Source of the DNA: an uncultured delta proteobacterium
Lineage (GTDB): Bacteria > Desulfobacterota > Binatia > UBA9968
Direction: 5' to 3'
Length of the DNA stretch: 64,000 bases
Assembly: GCA_963727625.1 (NCBI GenBank)
Contig: CAVSHR010000012.1
Location: forward strand, 512,001-576,000
The notes under the pieces are model-generated. The model did not search any database. It worked only from the letters and a program-made list of their open reading frames with translations, and was not told where the DNA came from. The position numbers were made by a program, and so were the translations under genes. Position 1 is the stretch's first letter; every line of letters starts with the position of its first letter. Below, piece by piece: positions 63,108 through 64,000 of this stretch.

Positions 63108-63878
63108 ATGCGGACGCGGCTTTGCCCAAACTGTGCCAACAGTGTCCAAGAAGAGGCCGCAAATTGTCCTTATTGCAAGGCCGACCTCTCATCGGGGCCT
63201 GCTCCTCAGTGGCTAAACCGTGACGAACTATCGTCGGAACCCCGACCAGGCTCGAATCATGATAAGAGATCCTCTATCCCTTCAAAGTTTATCTGGCCGG
63301 CCGCCATGGTTATTGTGGCTTTGACCGCCTTTTTTGCCGGCGGATACATGCAACGCGGCGAGCTATCGCTCGCAACCCAGAAGCACTTAAAAGAGATTCA
63401 AGCCAAAGATCAGATGATTCAAAGCCAGGAAGCCCAGCTTGCCCAGACCAAGCAACAATTGAACGAGAGATCCACCCAGCTCGCAGAAATGAAGACTAAA
63501 TTTGAGGAAGGCCGGAAAGAACTTGCGGCGGCACAACAGCGGTTAAGCGCCGCCACCCGCAAAGTCAATCGTCTGCCTTCGACCCGCTCCGTAGCGGTCG
63601 CCAGATCCGCATCACGGGCGCCCTACGCGAACGCCTCTTACTCTGCGCCGGCCACGGCAAGACGCTCAGCCAACCCGGGAGTCTACGAGACGACTCAAAC
63701 GACGTCGGTCTATGAAGGTCCGTCATCGTCTTCGCGCGTCATCACGCAAATCGGCAGAGGAACCAGGATCAACGTCGTAAGTTCCGCCGGCGCTTGGCTG
63801 GAAGTGCGGTCGAAGCACGGCAACCCTCCGGGATACGTGCCGTCCGGCGATGCGCGGCAGATCCGCCAAGTAAACTGA
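63108..63878 (+). CDS. Zn-ribbon / TM / coiled-coil / SH3b domain protein
   Basis: CPNC..CPYC, single TM helix, Q-rich coiled coil, C-terminal GPS..I..G..WLEV..GYV. Confidence 0.7.
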   Translation: MRTRLCPNCANSVQEEAANCPYCKADLSSGPAPQWLNRDELSSEPRPGSNHDKRSSIPSKFIWPAAMVIVALTAFFAGGYMQRGELSLATQKHLKEIQAKDQMIQSQEAQLAQTKQQLNERSTQLAEMKTKFEEGRKELAAAQQRLSAATRKVNRLPSTRSVAVARSASRAPYANASYSAPATARRSANPGVYETTQTTSVYEGPSSSSRVITQIGRGTRINVVSSAGAWLEVRSKHGNPPGYVPSGDARQIRQVN

Positions 63879-64000
63879 AAAACCCCGCCACCGACTGCAA
63901 TTCAATCCTGCTGTTGATCATCGGCAAGTCCGCCGAAACTCGGAATTCACGCGACCATTAATTGGCGCCCACGAGGTTCCACTTTCGGAAATCTTGAATC

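Overview
GC-rich bacterial chromosomal window. The gene content (paralogous NMT1/THI5-type binding proteins, amidohydrolase_2 paralogs, poly-GAF kinases) resembles Candidatus Binatia/Binatota-like deltaproteobacteria, which is an inference only. Main contents: acs, ispF, a split cytochrome b6-type Rieske/cytb operon with an octaheme cytochrome c and a cupredoxin-like partner, a probable selenocysteine peroxiredoxin, a minus-strand signalling operon (2-GAF kinase, IS200-interrupted cytidylate-kinase-like/BON gene, 12-GAF kinase, receiver, receiver-cyclase), vapBC, an NqrB-like/DUF2330 pair, a TRAP transporter, two GT2 genes and an RdhA/QueG-like Fe-S protein. The most striking unexplained structure is four families of periodic (7-9 nt unit) inverted-repeat elements sitting just after stop codons at gene junctions. 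Most are empty, but one family-A copy encloses a four-helix-bundle gene and one family-B copy encloses a GxxExxY gene, suggesting autonomous/non-autonomous pairs of a poorly described mobile or RNA-level element. All calls come from motif reading only; no database searches were run.
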